NCBI GenBank assembly: GCA_036555065.1
Contig: DATBLZ010000040.1
Span: 119 to 64,118, forward strand
Origin: Gammaproteobacteria bacterium
Lineage (GTDB): Bacteria; Pseudomonadota; Gammaproteobacteria; Steroidobacterales; Rariloculaceae
Direction of reading: 5' to 3'
DNA length: 64,000 bases
Positions 41,721-50,302 of the stretch are shown one piece after another. The stretch's first letter is position 1. Every line of letters starts with the position of its first letter. The notes beneath the pieces were generated by a model. That model saw nothing but the letters and a program-made list of their open reading frames with translations, had not been told where the DNA came from and ran no database searches. A program made the position numbers and the translations under genes.

Positions 41721-42347
41721 CTATTCTGCGCGACCTCGCGGGCTCGGGCAATCGCGCGCGTGCTCGAGGTAGCGTGAATGCAAGTCGGCGACCTGTGCAC
41801 GCGTGTGCGCGAGCGTGCCGCTGTTGTCGATGACATCGTCGGCAGCTTCGAGGCGAGCGGCGCGGTCGAGCTGCGCCGACACCACGGATTCGGCGCGCCG
41901 CCGGCTCAACGCATCGCGCCGCATCACGCGCTCGAGCTGCATCTCCCGCGGACAGTCGACGACCAAGACTCGGTCGACGAGAGTCGCGAAGTCGGTCTCG
42001 AGCAACAGCGGCACGACGACGATCGCATAGGGCGCTTTCTCGATCGCGGCCAGGCGGGCGAGGGTCGCGGTGCGGATCAGCGGATGGAGGATCGCTTCGA
42101 GCCGAGCGCGCGCGCCGCTGTCCGCGAAGACGACGTCGCGGATCTTCGCGCGGTCGAGGCTGCCGTCGGGGGCGAGAATTTCCGGGCCGAAGGCCGCGCG
42201 CACCGCCCGAAGACCCGCGGTGCGGGGAGCCACGACCTCACGAGCCAACAAGTCCGTGTCCACGATCGGCACGCCCAAGGCCGCGAACATCTCGGCGACC
42301 TGCGACTTACCGCTCGCAATGCCGCCCGTGAGCCCGACGCGGAGCAC
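41721..42347 (-). CDS. coaE: Dephospho-CoA kinase CoaE
   Basis: GTG start at 42347 gives VLRVGLTGGIASGKSQV (P-loop). The remainder of the 280-aa ORF overlaps pilD and is not conserved. Confidence 0.9.
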   Translation of the reverse strand: MLRVGLTGGIASGKSQVAEMFAALGVPIVDTDLLAREVVAPRTAGLRAVRAAFGPEILAPDGSLDRAKIRDVVFADSGARARLEAILHPLIRTATLARLAAIEKAPYAIVVVPLLLETDFATLVDRVLVVDCPREMQLERVMRRDALSRRRAESVVSAQLDRAARLEAADDVIDNSGTLAHTRAQVADLHSRYLEHARDCPSPRGRAE

Positions 42348-42361
42348 GTATGACCCGCTTT

Positions 42362-43243
42362 TTAGGACAGGAACTGCGCGTACCACGCGCTGAGATCGCG
42401 GCCCCAAAGAAGCGCGATCCACGCGGCCGCGGCGAGGTAGGGTCCGAACGGGATCGCCGCATGCCGCGAGCGACCGCCGAGAACGATGAGGCCGATGCCG
42501 ATGATCGAGCCCACGGCAGCCGACAAAAGAATCACGACCGGCAACACTTGCCAGCCGAGCCATGCCCCGGCGGCTGCGAGCAGCTTGAAATCTCCGTAGC
42601 CCATGCCCTCCTTACCGGTTGCGAGCTTGAAGAGTTGATAGACGCTCCAGAGACTGAGATACCCTGCGGCAGCGCCGAGCACGCTCGAGCGCAAGTCCGT
42701 GAAAAGCGGGGCACCGTCGACCTCGATGAGGCTCAACAGGAGACCGGCCCACAAGAGCGGCAACGTGATGGAATCGGGCAGGAGCTGCGTGTCGAGGTCG
42801 ATGAGCGCGAGCGCAAGCAGCGTCCACGTGAACCCCAAGGCCGCTACGGTCAACCACGTAGGGCCGAATTCGTAAGCCACGATGACGCCGAGTGCCGCGG
42901 CGAGACCTTCGACGATCGGGTAGCGTTTCGAGACCGGTGCCGCGCAAGCGGCGCAGCGCCCCTTGAGCCATAAGTAGCTCAGAACCGGAATGTTGTGCCG
43001 GGCTGCGATCGGGGCGCCGCACTTCGGGCAGGCCGAACGCGGCCAGACGAGGTCGTAGCGCGCTTCTGCCGGCACTGGCGAGACGAGCGGCTCGCTGGGA
43101 TGGCTTTCGAGCTCGCGCCGCCAGGCTCGCTCCATCATGATCGGCAAGCGATAGGCGACGACGTTGAGAAAGCTGCCCACGCAGAGCCCGGCCAAGCCAC
43201 AGACGACGAAGAGCGCCGCGGGCCAGAGCTCGAAGATCTCCAC
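42362..43243 (-). CDS. pilD: Prepilin leader peptidase / N-methyltransferase PilD
   Basis: 293-aa polytopic ORF with the cysteine cluster CPKCGAPI...CAAC and the aspartyl-protease motif GMGYGDFKLLAA. Confidence 0.95.
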   Translation of the reverse strand: MEIFELWPAALFVVCGLAGLCVGSFLNVVAYRLPIMMERAWRRELESHPSEPLVSPVPAEARYDLVWPRSACPKCGAPIAARHNIPVLSYLWLKGRCAACAAPVSKRYPIVEGLAAALGVIVAYEFGPTWLTVAALGFTWTLLALALIDLDTQLLPDSITLPLLWAGLLLSLIEVDGAPLFTDLRSSVLGAAAGYLSLWSVYQLFKLATGKEGMGYGDFKLLAAAGAWLGWQVLPVVILLSAAVGSIIGIGLIVLGGRSRHAAIPFGPYLAAAAWIALLWGRDLSAWYAQFLS

Positions 43244-43254
43244 GTCCGGTTGGC

Positions 43255-44472
43255 TTAGACGACCTTGCCCATGTTGAAGATCGGCAGGTACATCGCGATG
43301 ACGAGACCCCCGACGAGGACACCGAGAATCGCCATGATCAGCGGCTCGAGTAAGCTCGACATGCTGTCGACGGCGTTATCGACCTCTTCCTCGTAGAAGT
43401 CCGCGACTTTGGCCGTCATCGCGTCGAGCGAGCCCGACTCTTCGCCGACGGCGACCATCTGATTCACCATGTTGGGGAAGAGCTCCGTATTCTCCATCGC
43501 GCGCTGGAGGCGCTGGCCCGTCGCGACTTCGTCGCGCATCCTGAGCACCGCCGTCTCGTAGACGATATTGCCCGTCGCGCCCGCGACTGATTCGAGCGCT
43601 TCGACGAGCGGCACGCCGGCCGCGAACGTTGTCGAGAGCGTGCGCGCGTAACGCGCGATCGCGGACTTGTTGAGGATGGGGCCGATGATCGGCACCTTGA
43701 GGATCGCACGATCGACGAAGTGCTGGACCGCGCGCGAGCGCCTCTTTGCATGAAAGAAGCCGAAGCCTGCGGCGACGGCGCCGATCAGCAGCAGGTATCC
43801 TTGCTCTTGCACGAAGTTCGAGATGTCGATGACGAAACGCGTAAAGGCCGGCAAGTCGGCGCCGAAACCCTGGAACAAGCTTTCGAACTCCGGAATGACG
43901 TAAATCATGAGGATCGCGGTCACGACGATCGCCACCACGATGACTGCCGTCGGATAGAAAAGGGCCTTCTTGACCTTCTTCTTGATGGCTTCGGTTTTCT
44001 CTTTGTAGGTCGCGATCTTGTCGAGCAGGGTCTCGAGCGCGCCGGCCTGCTCACCCGCGGCGACGAGATTTACGAAGAGATCATCGAAATGCAAAGGGTG
44101 CTTCGCGAGCGCCTTCGCGAGCGACGTGCCGCCTTCGACGTCGACCTTGATCGCGAGGATCAGCTTCTGCATCGCCGGGTTCTCGTGCCCGGCGCCGATG
44201 ATGTCGAACGACTGCACGAGCGGAATGCCGGCGGCCATCATCGTCGCCATTTGCCGCGAGAAGATCGCGATGTCGGCGGCCGTGACGCGGCCCTGCGGCT
44301 TCCAAAACGAGCTTTGTTTGCGAACGCGCGTCGCGATGACGCCCTGGCGGCGCAGCTCCGTGCGCACGGCCGCCTCGTTGACGGCGACGAGCTTGCCCCT
44401 AACCTTCTTGCCGGCGCGGTCCTTGCCTTCCCAGTTGAAGGGCGCCTGTTTGATTGCAGCGGATTGGGCCAT
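43255..44472 (-). CDS. pilC: Type IV pilus inner-membrane platform protein PilC
   Basis: 405-aa GspF-family ORF with a duplicated T2SSF domain (FSRQMATMMAAGIPL... / YARTLSTTFAAGVPL...). Confidence 0.95.
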   Translation of the reverse strand: MAQSAAIKQAPFNWEGKDRAGKKVRGKLVAVNEAAVRTELRRQGVIATRVRKQSSFWKPQGRVTAADIAIFSRQMATMMAAGIPLVQSFDIIGAGHENPAMQKLILAIKVDVEGGTSLAKALAKHPLHFDDLFVNLVAAGEQAGALETLLDKIATYKEKTEAIKKKVKKALFYPTAVIVVAIVVTAILMIYVIPEFESLFQGFGADLPAFTRFVIDISNFVQEQGYLLLIGAVAAGFGFFHAKRRSRAVQHFVDRAILKVPIIGPILNKSAIARYARTLSTTFAAGVPLVEALESVAGATGNIVYETAVLRMRDEVATGQRLQRAMENTELFPNMVNQMVAVGEESGSLDAMTAKVADFYEEEVDNAVDSMSSLLEPLIMAILGVLVGGLVIAMYLPIFNMGKVV

Positions 44473-44509
44473 GAGTCAACGTCTCCCGTTACGCGTCCGG
44501 GGCGAAAGC

Positions 44510-46231
44510 CTATTCAATGGTAACTCGGTTGATTTCTTCGAGACTCGTAACCCCGTCCTTGACTTTCTTGAGCGCCGAGGTTCGCAGATCCGCGACTCCG
44601 TCGCGCTTGGCTTGGTCGGCGATCTGGATGGCGTTGCCGCCCTCCATGATGATGCGCCCGAGCGTCTCGGTGACGGGCATGACCTGATAGATGCCGACGC
44701 GGCCCTTGTAGCCGCCGTTGCATTGTGCGCACCCCTTCGGGTGATACACCGTGACGCCTTCCTTGATATCGCCAGGCGTGAAGCCTTCCTTGAGCAGGGC
44801 TTCCTTCGGCACTTCGATGGCCTCTTTGCAGTTCTCGCAGAGGCGCCGTGCAAGGCGCTGCGCAATGATGAGGCTCACCGAGCTCGCAATCGCATAGGGC
44901 TTAACACCCATGTCGACGAGCCGCGTCAGGGTCTTCGGCGCATCGTTCGTGTGCAGCGTCGACAGCACGAGGTGGCCGGTCTGCGCGGCTTTGATCGCGA
45001 TCTCGGCGGTCTCGAGGTCGCGTATCTCGCCGACCATGATGACATCGGGGTCCTGGCGCAAGAACGCGCGCAGCGCCGCCGCGAACGTGAGCCCAACCTT
45101 CGGGTTCACGTTGACTTGGTTGATGCCGGGCACGTTGATTTCGCATGGATCCTCGGCCGTCGAGATGTTGCGATCGGCCGTGTTGAGGATGTTGAGCCCC
45201 GTGTAGAGCGACACCGTCTTACCGCTGCCCGTAGGGCCCGTGACGAGGATCATGCCGTAGGGCTTGTCGAGCGTGTCCAAGTAAAGCTTCTTTTGATACT
45301 CCTCGTACCCGAGCGCGTCGATGCCGAGCTGGGCACTCGAAGGATCGAGCAAGCGGCAAACGACCTTCTCGCCATAAAGCGTCGGGCACGTGTTGACGCG
45401 GAAATCGATCGCGCGGTTCTTCGACAGGCGCATTTTGATGCGTCCGTCCTGCGGAACTCGCCGCTCGGCGATGTCGAGACGCGCCATGACTTTGAGGCGC
45501 GCCGCGAGTTTCATCGCGAGAGCCACGGGGGGCTTCGCGAACTCCGTCAAGACGCCGTCCTGGCGAAACCGGATGCGGAAGACCTTCTCGTACGGCTCGA
45601 AATGGATGTCCGATGCGCCGCGCTTGATCGCGTCGACCATGACCTTGTTGACGAAGCGCACGACCGGTGCGTCCTCGACGTCGGCATTCGTAACCTCGGG
45701 GCCGATCTCGTCGTCTCCGGCGGAGACCTCGAGATTGTCCATGTCGAAATCTTCGGCCGACATGCTCGCCATCGACGTGTCGACGGCCTCGATCGCGCGC
45801 GCGACTCGAGCCTCGAGCTTGTTGTGCTCGACGACGATCGGCTCGACGCGCAGCGTCGTCGCGAATTTGATCTCGTCGAGGGCCTGGAGGTTCGTCGGGT
45901 CGCAGACGCCGACGTAGAGGCGCTTGCCGCGCTGGAGCAGCGGCAGCACGCGATGCTTCGTTAGCAGCTTGTCGTCGACGAGCTTGACGACGTCGAGGTC
46001 GAGCTCGACGGCATCCAGGTCGAGCAGGGGCACGCCGAACTCGTGGGCGGCGGCCACGGCGATTTGGCGCGCGTCGGCGAGCTGATTGGAAACCAGATAT
46101 GGAACGAGGTTTGCGGCTTTGCCGTCGATCGATTCTAGGGCGCGGCCCAAGGCATCCTCGGAAAGAATGCCGTCTTGAACCAGCCGCCGAGGCAGTCCAG
46201 TCAGGGGACCTTGGGTTGCAGTCGCAGCCAT
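44510..46231 (-). CDS. pilB: Type IV pilus assembly ATPase PilB
   Basis: 573-aa ORF with Walker A GPTGSGKT, an Asp box, Walker B, a His box and the tetracysteine motif CENC...CAQC. Confidence 0.96.
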   Translation of the reverse strand: MAATATQGPLTGLPRRLVQDGILSEDALGRALESIDGKAANLVPYLVSNQLADARQIAVAAAHEFGVPLLDLDAVELDLDVVKLVDDKLLTKHRVLPLLQRGKRLYVGVCDPTNLQALDEIKFATTLRVEPIVVEHNKLEARVARAIEAVDTSMASMSAEDFDMDNLEVSAGDDEIGPEVTNADVEDAPVVRFVNKVMVDAIKRGASDIHFEPYEKVFRIRFRQDGVLTEFAKPPVALAMKLAARLKVMARLDIAERRVPQDGRIKMRLSKNRAIDFRVNTCPTLYGEKVVCRLLDPSSAQLGIDALGYEEYQKKLYLDTLDKPYGMILVTGPTGSGKTVSLYTGLNILNTADRNISTAEDPCEINVPGINQVNVNPKVGLTFAAALRAFLRQDPDVIMVGEIRDLETAEIAIKAAQTGHLVLSTLHTNDAPKTLTRLVDMGVKPYAIASSVSLIIAQRLARRLCENCKEAIEVPKEALLKEGFTPGDIKEGVTVYHPKGCAQCNGGYKGRVGIYQVMPVTETLGRIIMEGGNAIQIADQAKRDGVADLRTSALKKVKDGVTSLEEINRVTIE

Positions 46232-46362
46232 GCGTTTCCCGGGCTAGCGTATCGTTCCGCTCTTACCCTTTGACAATAACCTCGGTACTTTGGCCGCTAC
46301 CCCCCGAAACTGTCAACAGCAGGGTTCTCCTTTTGTGACAGAGATTTGCGTCGTCCGGGCGC

Positions 46363-46398
46363 GAAAGAAAAAGGCCCTGTCGCAGGTGCGACAGGGCC
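46363..46398 (-). terminator. Rho-independent terminator downstream of pilA
   Basis: On the minus strand: GGCCCTGTCGC-ACCT-GCGACAGGGCC (11-bp perfect stem, 46373-46398), followed by TTTTTCTTTC. It begins about 30 nt after the pilA stop. Confidence 0.85.
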
Positions 46399-46427
46399 AT
46401 TACGACTAGACGTTCAGACAGCTCGAA

Positions 46428-46922
46428 CTACGGGCGGCAGTTCGCCGGCAAATACTTGCCCAAAACGTTCGTGACACCGGCCGGCGCCGCAGCCGTGGGG
46501 ATGCCCCCCTGCTGGAGAGCGACACCGGCGGGGACGGCGGCCGTGCCGCAGACCCACACGACGTCGAGATTCGGGCTCACGTAGGGCTGCATGGCCAACG
46601 TTTTGGTGGCAACTGCAGCGTTGGCTTGGTTGCCGTACGTGACCGTGATAGTCCCCGTGCCCACTACGACGCCAGTGACGTACTTGCCAGAAACCACGCC
46701 CGTGATGCCCATGGCGGCGTTGTCAGCGGGCCAGAAACCCCGCTGCGCGAAGGTCTCGGCGACGCCGGCTTTGAGGGCGCCGACCAACGTCAGACCTTCA
46801 GACACCTGCGAGCGGACGGTGTAGTCCTGATACGCCGGGATCGCGATCGCGGCGAGAATGCCGATGATGGCTACCACGATCATCAACTCGATGAGCGTGA
46901 AGCCGCGTTGAATTTTCTTCAT
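46428..46922 (-). CDS. pilA: Type IVa major pilin PilA
   Basis: 164-aa ORF with the class III signal MKKIQRG|[27 protein letters not shown] and a C-terminal disulfide pair (C126...C162). Confidence 0.93.
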   Translation of the reverse strand: MKKIQRGFTLIELMIVVAIIGILAAIAIPAYQDYTVRSQVSEGLTLVGALKAGVAETFAQRGFWPADNAAMGITGVVSGKYVTGVVVGTGTITVTYGNQANAAVATKTLAMQPYVSPNLDVVWVCGTAAVPAGVALQQGGIPTAAAPAGVTNVLGKYLPANCRP

Positions 46923-46995
46923 CCTAGGAACTCCTCAATGTTTACCCAAACACACACAAAAAAGCGCGACCAGCAGCTGGTCTAGGCATGGGGAG

Positions 46996-47011
46996 TGCAA
47001 TCCCTGTGCCA
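46996..47011 (-). promoter_or_regulatory. Sigma-54 (-24/-12) promoter of pilA
   Basis: The minus strand reads TGGCAC-AGGGA-TTGCA, a perfect match to TGGCAC-N5-TTGCW, about 74 nt upstream of the pilA ATG. rpoN and the enhancer-binding protein gene pilR are in the same window. Confidence 0.85.
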
Positions 47012-47023
47012 TCTCGCGCCTCG

Positions 47024-47086
47024 ATATGTCAACAACCCGGAAACGAGTGGACTTGTCGGCAATCACGGACAGAACGTTCGACATAT
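47024..47086 (-). promoter_or_regulatory. Candidate PilR enhancer sites (TGTC/GACA motifs) upstream of the pilA sigma-54 promoter
   Basis: On the plus strand: ATATGTC (47024-47030), TGTC (47054-47057), GACA (47068-71) and GACATAT (47080-47086). The outer pair is a 7-bp inverted repeat. The P. aeruginosa PilR site contains (C/G)TGTC. Confidence 0.35.
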
Positions 47087-47150
47087 TCCTCGTTGCGACC
47101 TCCTCGCGAAAGCCCGATATGAGTCACAAACTGACCAAAATTGGCACCGC

Positions 47151-50100
47151 TCAAGGCGTGCCCGGGTGCCGCGCCTGGGCGCCGCGGGCCAGCGTCAAGA
47201 TGAGCTCGAGCTCGGGCGTCGTCTCGAACGCGCCGACGGTCGCAGTGCGGTTTTCCCATAGCTCGAGTGCTTTGTCGGGGCGACCGCTCGAGTAGTGGCC
47301 GAGCATGGCTGCGGTCAGGGCATACCGGCGGCGCGCCGGCTCCGACGTGCGATCGAACTCGAGGACGCTCTCAGCGGCCGCGGCCATGCGCAGGGCGTCG
47401 CGCGCGGCTACGGCCCGATAGAGCGCGAACCACACGAGCGCGAGCGCGGAACGTTGCGTTCTGCAGCGCAGCGGCAGCACGGCATCGAGCAGCGCAGTCG
47501 CGGCATCGGCGTCCAAGCGCGCGAGCGTCGACTGGGCGAGGCTCTCGAGCCCGAGCAGCCACGCCTCCTCCGCTGCCGGCGACTCGCAAAACCGGCTCAA
47601 GAGCTCGAGTGCAGTAATTGTCGGCCCGACGGACTTGGCGGCCGACCCAAGCGTGGCTTCGTCGCCGCCCGCGAGCACCGTCTGAATCGAGCGCGCGAGC
47701 GCAATGCTCATCGTGCGCTCGAAAGTCGGGTCGGGCGTGACCTTCCCGAGATCGAACGTGCTTACGCCGACCATTTCGAGCGCCGGCAACGAAGCGACGC
47801 TCCACTCGACGAACAGCGTCGCGACCTGTTGTTGAAACCGCGCTTTGCCCGCATTCAAGTCCAAGAACGGGAAGTAATCCGAATTCACTGGAACCGCCGA
47901 TTGCGCGAGCCAAGGCTTGAGCATCTCGGCAGTGCCGGTCTTGCGAACTAGAAAATCTTCGGCCGCGTGCAGCCCGACGCGCGCCGTCTCCACCCCGAGC
48001 GCGCCGCTCAATACTGTTTCGAACGACGGCTCACCGAGCGTTCCAAACGGCTTTGCGACGATGAGGATATTGATGTCGTCGGTGTTGTAGATGACATAGT
48101 CGCTGAAGTTTCGCGACAGCGCGCGGAGCACGGACAGAACGAGATCGTCGTTGAACTCGTAGAGCTGCAGCCACTGCACGAGGATTCCATCCTCGTTCAA
48201 GTAGTTGGGCACCGTGCGATAGAACTCGTCGGAGAAGAGGCTTGCAACACCGGATACCCAAGGATTCGACGGCTCCGCGACGATGGCGTCGTACTTGTGA
48301 TTCTGGAGCGAGAAGAAGGTCTTCGCGTCCTCGAGATGAATGACGCTGCGCGGATCACTGTAGGTGCGCTCGACGCGCTCTCCGAACCCCTGTGCCGCCT
48401 CGATCATGGCGGCCTCGATCTCGATGGTATCGACCCGGTCGAGGCGGTCGTGCGCGAGCAATGTGTGCGTCGTCAGCCCCGACCCCAAGCCGATATTGGC
48501 TATTTCCCGCGCTGCGGGGTTGTAGGCGAGCGGCAACGTCGCGGCCATGACCATTGTGATCTCGTCGGTCGCGCTCGGCTGCGCGGGGTCCATCTGGATG
48601 GACGCATCGGGTTTGCCGTTGGTCGCGAGAGTGATCTGCGAGCCGTACGCAAAGAGACTCACGCTTGCGGTCTTGCCGTCCTTGTAATAGAGGACGCGTG
48701 CGTCGCCCCTGTCGGCGCGTCCGTAACGGTAGACGCCCGAGGCCAAGCGCTTCGGCTCGAGATCGACGCCAGTGACGACGAGAGCAATGGCTGCCAAGCC
48801 GACGAGGGCGCCGCGGAGCGCGGAGCTCGGGACGCGGCGTTCCTGGCTCCGAGAGAGCAGCACTATCCCGAGCGCGATATCGAGCGCCGCACCGAGCCCG
48901 ATCAAATACTTCAAGCCGAGCAGCGGCATGCCGATGTGGACGGCGAACAGCACGCCGGCGATGGCGCCGAGCGTATTAGCGGCATAAATTCGTCCGATCG
49001 CCTGCTCGCCGTGCCGGCCGCGCAGCAGCACGTACGTGAACAACGGCAGCGTCATGCCTGCCAAGAAGGTCGTCGGAACCATGATCGCGAGCGCGATGCC
49101 GTGACTCGCTGCGGTGAATAGGTTATAGCCGACGTCGGTGCGTTGTAGCCCAGCGACGAGTGCCGCCATCCAATCGAACGTCTGCACGTAGAGGGGCACG
49201 GTCAGAATCGCCATCGCGCCCATGAGGACCTGCACCCACCCCGCGAAGGCGACAGGATCGCCGATCCCGTCGATGCGCCGCTTGATCCAGAGGCCGCCGA
49301 GCGCCAATCCAGTGATGAACGCGCTCAACATGAGCTCGAACGAGTGGGTCGTGGCGCCGAGGACGAGGCTCAGCATGCGGATCCAGCCGATCTCGTAAAT
49401 GAACGACGCCGCACCCGTGATGCCCGCGGCTGCGAAAAAGAGAATCGCGAGCGCGCCGTCGGAGGTCATGGCGCCCGACCCCGACGCTCTGGCGGGCGGG
49501 GCTTCAGCGGCCGGATCGAGCCGCACGAGCACGAACACGACAAGGGCGAGTGCGATATTGAGCAGGCCCGCCGTCATGATCGCTCCCGGCAGACCGACCA
49601 CACCGACGAGCCAGAATCCGCTCACGAGCACGCCGATCGCGGCGCCGACGCTATTCGTGAAATAGAGCATCGAAAGCGTTTCGCCCGGGTGCTGCGGATA
49701 GCGGCGAATGATTCCCGTCGTCATCAAGGGAAATGTCATGCCGAGGAGCACGGACTGGGGGACGATCAAGGCCGCCGCGGCGGTCCATTTGAGGAATCCC
49801 GCGAGCACGGGCGCCTCGAGCGAGGGCAGCAGCGAGAAATAGAAGGCGTCGGAAAGCGATACGAACGTTGCGTGAAACAGGAGCGCAATGACACCGATGA
49901 CGCCCTCGACGAGCGCGTAGACGAGAATCGGCAGACGGAAGCGCTCGGAGAATCTCGCGGACAACCAGGACCCGAGCGCGAGGCCGCCCATGAAAATGAT
50001 GAGCACGAGCGATTGCGCGTACGCGGCGTGGCCGAGGAAGAGCTTGAGGTAGTGGGACCAGATCGACTCGTATATGAGCCCCGAGAAGCCTGAAATCGTG

Positions 50101-50180
50101 AAGATCGCGTAGAAGACCCACTTCGGCGGGGCACTCTCGAGCTTGATCCCTACACCGGTCGCGTCCGTCGGTCCGTTCAT
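47151..50180 (-). CDS. Fused polytopic membrane domain / spermidine-synthase-like (class I MTase fold) / helical C-terminal domain protein
   Basis: 1009-aa ORF. The N-terminal approximately 480 aa form many hydrophobic helices. The central region IANIGLGSGLTTHTLL...IEIEAAMIEAA...YDAIVAEPSNPWVSGVASLFSDEFY...GILVQW is colinear with the SpeE fold. The C-terminal approximately 250 aa are Ala/Leu-rich and helical. Confidence 0.85.
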   Translation of the reverse strand: MNGPTDATGVGIKLESAPPKWVFYAIFTISGFSGLIYESIWSHYLKLFLGHAAYAQSLVLIIFMGGLALGSWLSARFSERFRLPILVYALVEGVIGVIALLFHATFVSLSDAFYFSLLPSLEAPVLAGFLKWTAAAALIVPQSVLLGMTFPLMTTGIIRRYPQHPGETLSMLYFTNSVGAAIGVLVSGFWLVGVVGLPGAIMTAGLLNIALALVVFVLVRLDPAAEAPPARASGSGAMTSDGALAILFFAAAGITGAASFIYEIGWIRMLSLVLGATTHSFELMLSAFITGLALGGLWIKRRIDGIGDPVAFAGWVQVLMGAMAILTVPLYVQTFDWMAALVAGLQRTDVGYNLFTAASHGIALAIMVPTTFLAGMTLPLFTYVLLRGRHGEQAIGRIYAANTLGAIAGVLFAVHIGMPLLGLKYLIGLGAALDIALGIVLLSRSQERRVPSSALRGALVGLAAIALVVTGVDLEPKRLASGVYRYGRADRGDARVLYYKDGKTASVSLFAYGSQITLATNGKPDASIQMDPAQPSATDEITMVMAATLPLAYNPAAREIANIGLGSGLTTHTLLAHDRLDRVDTIEIEAAMIEAAQGFGERVERTYSDPRSVIHLEDAKTFFSLQNHKYDAIVAEPSNPWVSGVASLFSDEFYRTVPNYLNEDGILVQWLQLYEFNDDLVLSVLRALSRNFSDYVIYNTDDINILIVAKPFGTLGEPSFETVLSGALGVETARVGLHAAEDFLVRKTGTAEMLKPWLAQSAVPVNSDYFPFLDLNAGKARFQQQVATLFVEWSVASLPALEMVGVSTFDLGKVTPDPTFERTMSIALARSIQTVLAGGDEATLGSAAKSVGPTITALELLSRFCESPAAEEAWLLGLESLAQSTLARLDADAATALLDAVLPLRCRTQRSALALVWFALYRAVAARDALRMAAAAESVLEFDRTSEPARRRYALTAAMLGHYSSGRPDKALELWENRTATVGAFETTPELELILTLARGAQARHPGTP

Positions 50181-50302
50181 GAATGCCGCAGTCCCTGAGA
50201 ATGTGAACAGATTATGTCTGATCCTGGGGTCGTCACGCGGGACTGCGTCTCACTTCCGGCAGGGCAGCCGGTGCGTGCCGTGCAGCGGCGGCCCGGACGA
50301 TC

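Noticed and set aside
44018-45964. 648-aa ORF on the plus strand across pilC/pilB
   Set aside because: It is antisense to two strongly conserved pilus genes and has a low-complexity Arg/Asp/Leu-rich translation. It is a shadow ORF.
46232-46362. Possible pilB promoter (TTGACA and TTGTCA hexamers on the minus strand)
   Set aside because: I could not pair either -35-like hexamer with a convincing -10 element at 16-18 nt spacing, so it is left unannotated.
47141-47160. TGGCAC on the plus strand (possible sigma-54 -24 element)
   Set aside because: No TTGC-type -12 element follows at the right spacing. It lies inside the 3' end of the minus-strand SpeE-like gene and has no downstream plus-strand gene.
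50186-50247. 9-bp inverted repeat CGCAGTCCC ... GGGACTGCG between pilR and the SpeE-like gene, and a GGCAC-containing stretch nearby
   Set aside because: The loop is about 45 nt and there is no U-tract, so it is not a credible intrinsic terminator. The GGCAC motif lacks a correctly spaced GC -12 element, so it is not called as a sigma-54 promoter.
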